Shown here: positions 55,270 through 55,635 of the stretch, piece after piece
Layout: each line of letters opens with the position of its first letter
How positions within the stretch are numbered: the stretch's first letter is position 1
Virus record (IMG/VR): IMGVR_UViG_3300003319_000118
Span: 1 to 55,635 of that record
DNA from: a virus
Lineage: Duplodnaviria > Caudoviricetes
Length of the DNA: 55,635 bases
Strand: one strand, 5' to 3'
The notes under the pieces: model-generated
Told to the model about the DNA's origin: nothing
Database searches by the model: none
What the model saw: the letters and a program-made list of their open reading frames with translations, nothing else
Made by a program: the position numbers and the translations under genes

Positions 55270-55536
55270 ATGAGTTGGAGTGATTACGTACCGCAAGAGT
55301 TGATAACCGGCGAGCCGGAATATCCGACCATCGTCTCGCTCCCGTCGTCAGAGTACACCTCTCGAAAGCGCCGTGCGTGCGACTACTGCGGGGCGTGGAT
55401 AGAGGTGGGCGAGCGGTACAGGGTTCACAAGTGGACTGAGGACGGGGAGTTCCAGACCGCCGCGCAACACGCCGACACGTCGCGGTGTGTGTTCGACGAG
55501 CCGAAGACGTTCGACGATTCCGAGTTCCCGTTCTGA
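55270..55536 (+). CDS. hypothetical early protein
   Basis: CDYCG..IEVGERY; first gene after promoter. Confidence 0.65.
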   Translation: MSWSDYVPQELITGEPEYPTIVSLPSSEYTSRKRRACDYCGAWIEVGERYRVHKWTEDGEFQTAAQHADTSRCVFDEPKTFDDSEFPF

Positions 55537-55550
55537 GAAAGGAAGAGACG

Positions 55551-55635
55551 ATGAGCGCACCGACCGCCAACGAACTCCACGTCAATCACTTTCCGATGTT
55601 GTGGCTGGCGAAGGTCAGGGGCTTAACCGCCAAGC
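55551..55635 (+). CDS. 5' part of an early gene, truncated by the window edge
   Basis: AAAGGAAGAGACG-ATG; open to end. Confidence 0.55.
   Translation, partial: MSAPTANELHVNHFPMLWLAKVRGLTAK

Overview
The window looks like a near-complete (about 55.6 kb) tailed phage genome with siphovirus morphogenesis genes and a GTA-like tail tip. Layout: a + strand early cluster (55270-end, continuing 1-6707); a plasmid-type maintenance module (XRE, parA, wHTH Rep with internal repeats); a long - strand late operon (holin-like genes, terS/terL, portal, scaffold, capsid, tail, tape measure, DUF2460/DUF2163/NlpC-P60/tail tip, fibres, head spike); a - strand replication/modification arm (primase-polymerase-helicase, RNase H, SSB-like, two adenine MTases, PAPS-reductase family); and a divergent switch made of two ribbon-helix-helix genes with shared operators. 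I found no integrase, so it is probably a phage-plasmid. The host may be an acidobacterium (inference from protein style only). The most striking element is a 368-bp non-coding array of about 68 GGY-NN pentamers (19926-20293, - strand) ending in a terminator. It fits my recollection of VIPR-type non-contiguous guide RNAs. One segment, read as NNx triplets, spells a ParB-domain motif (KILDGRNRYLA), but no cognate effector gene is visible. Other notable items: a solo TnpB with an altered right end and a 12-bp flanking repeat, an Arg-bodied tRNA with a Ser (ACT) anticodon, a tRNA-like RNA lacking an anticodon arm, a TPR protein paired with a secreted pro-peptide, and paired Zn-finger mini-genes with RNA leaders. 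All family calls come from recognising motifs by eye; no searches were run.
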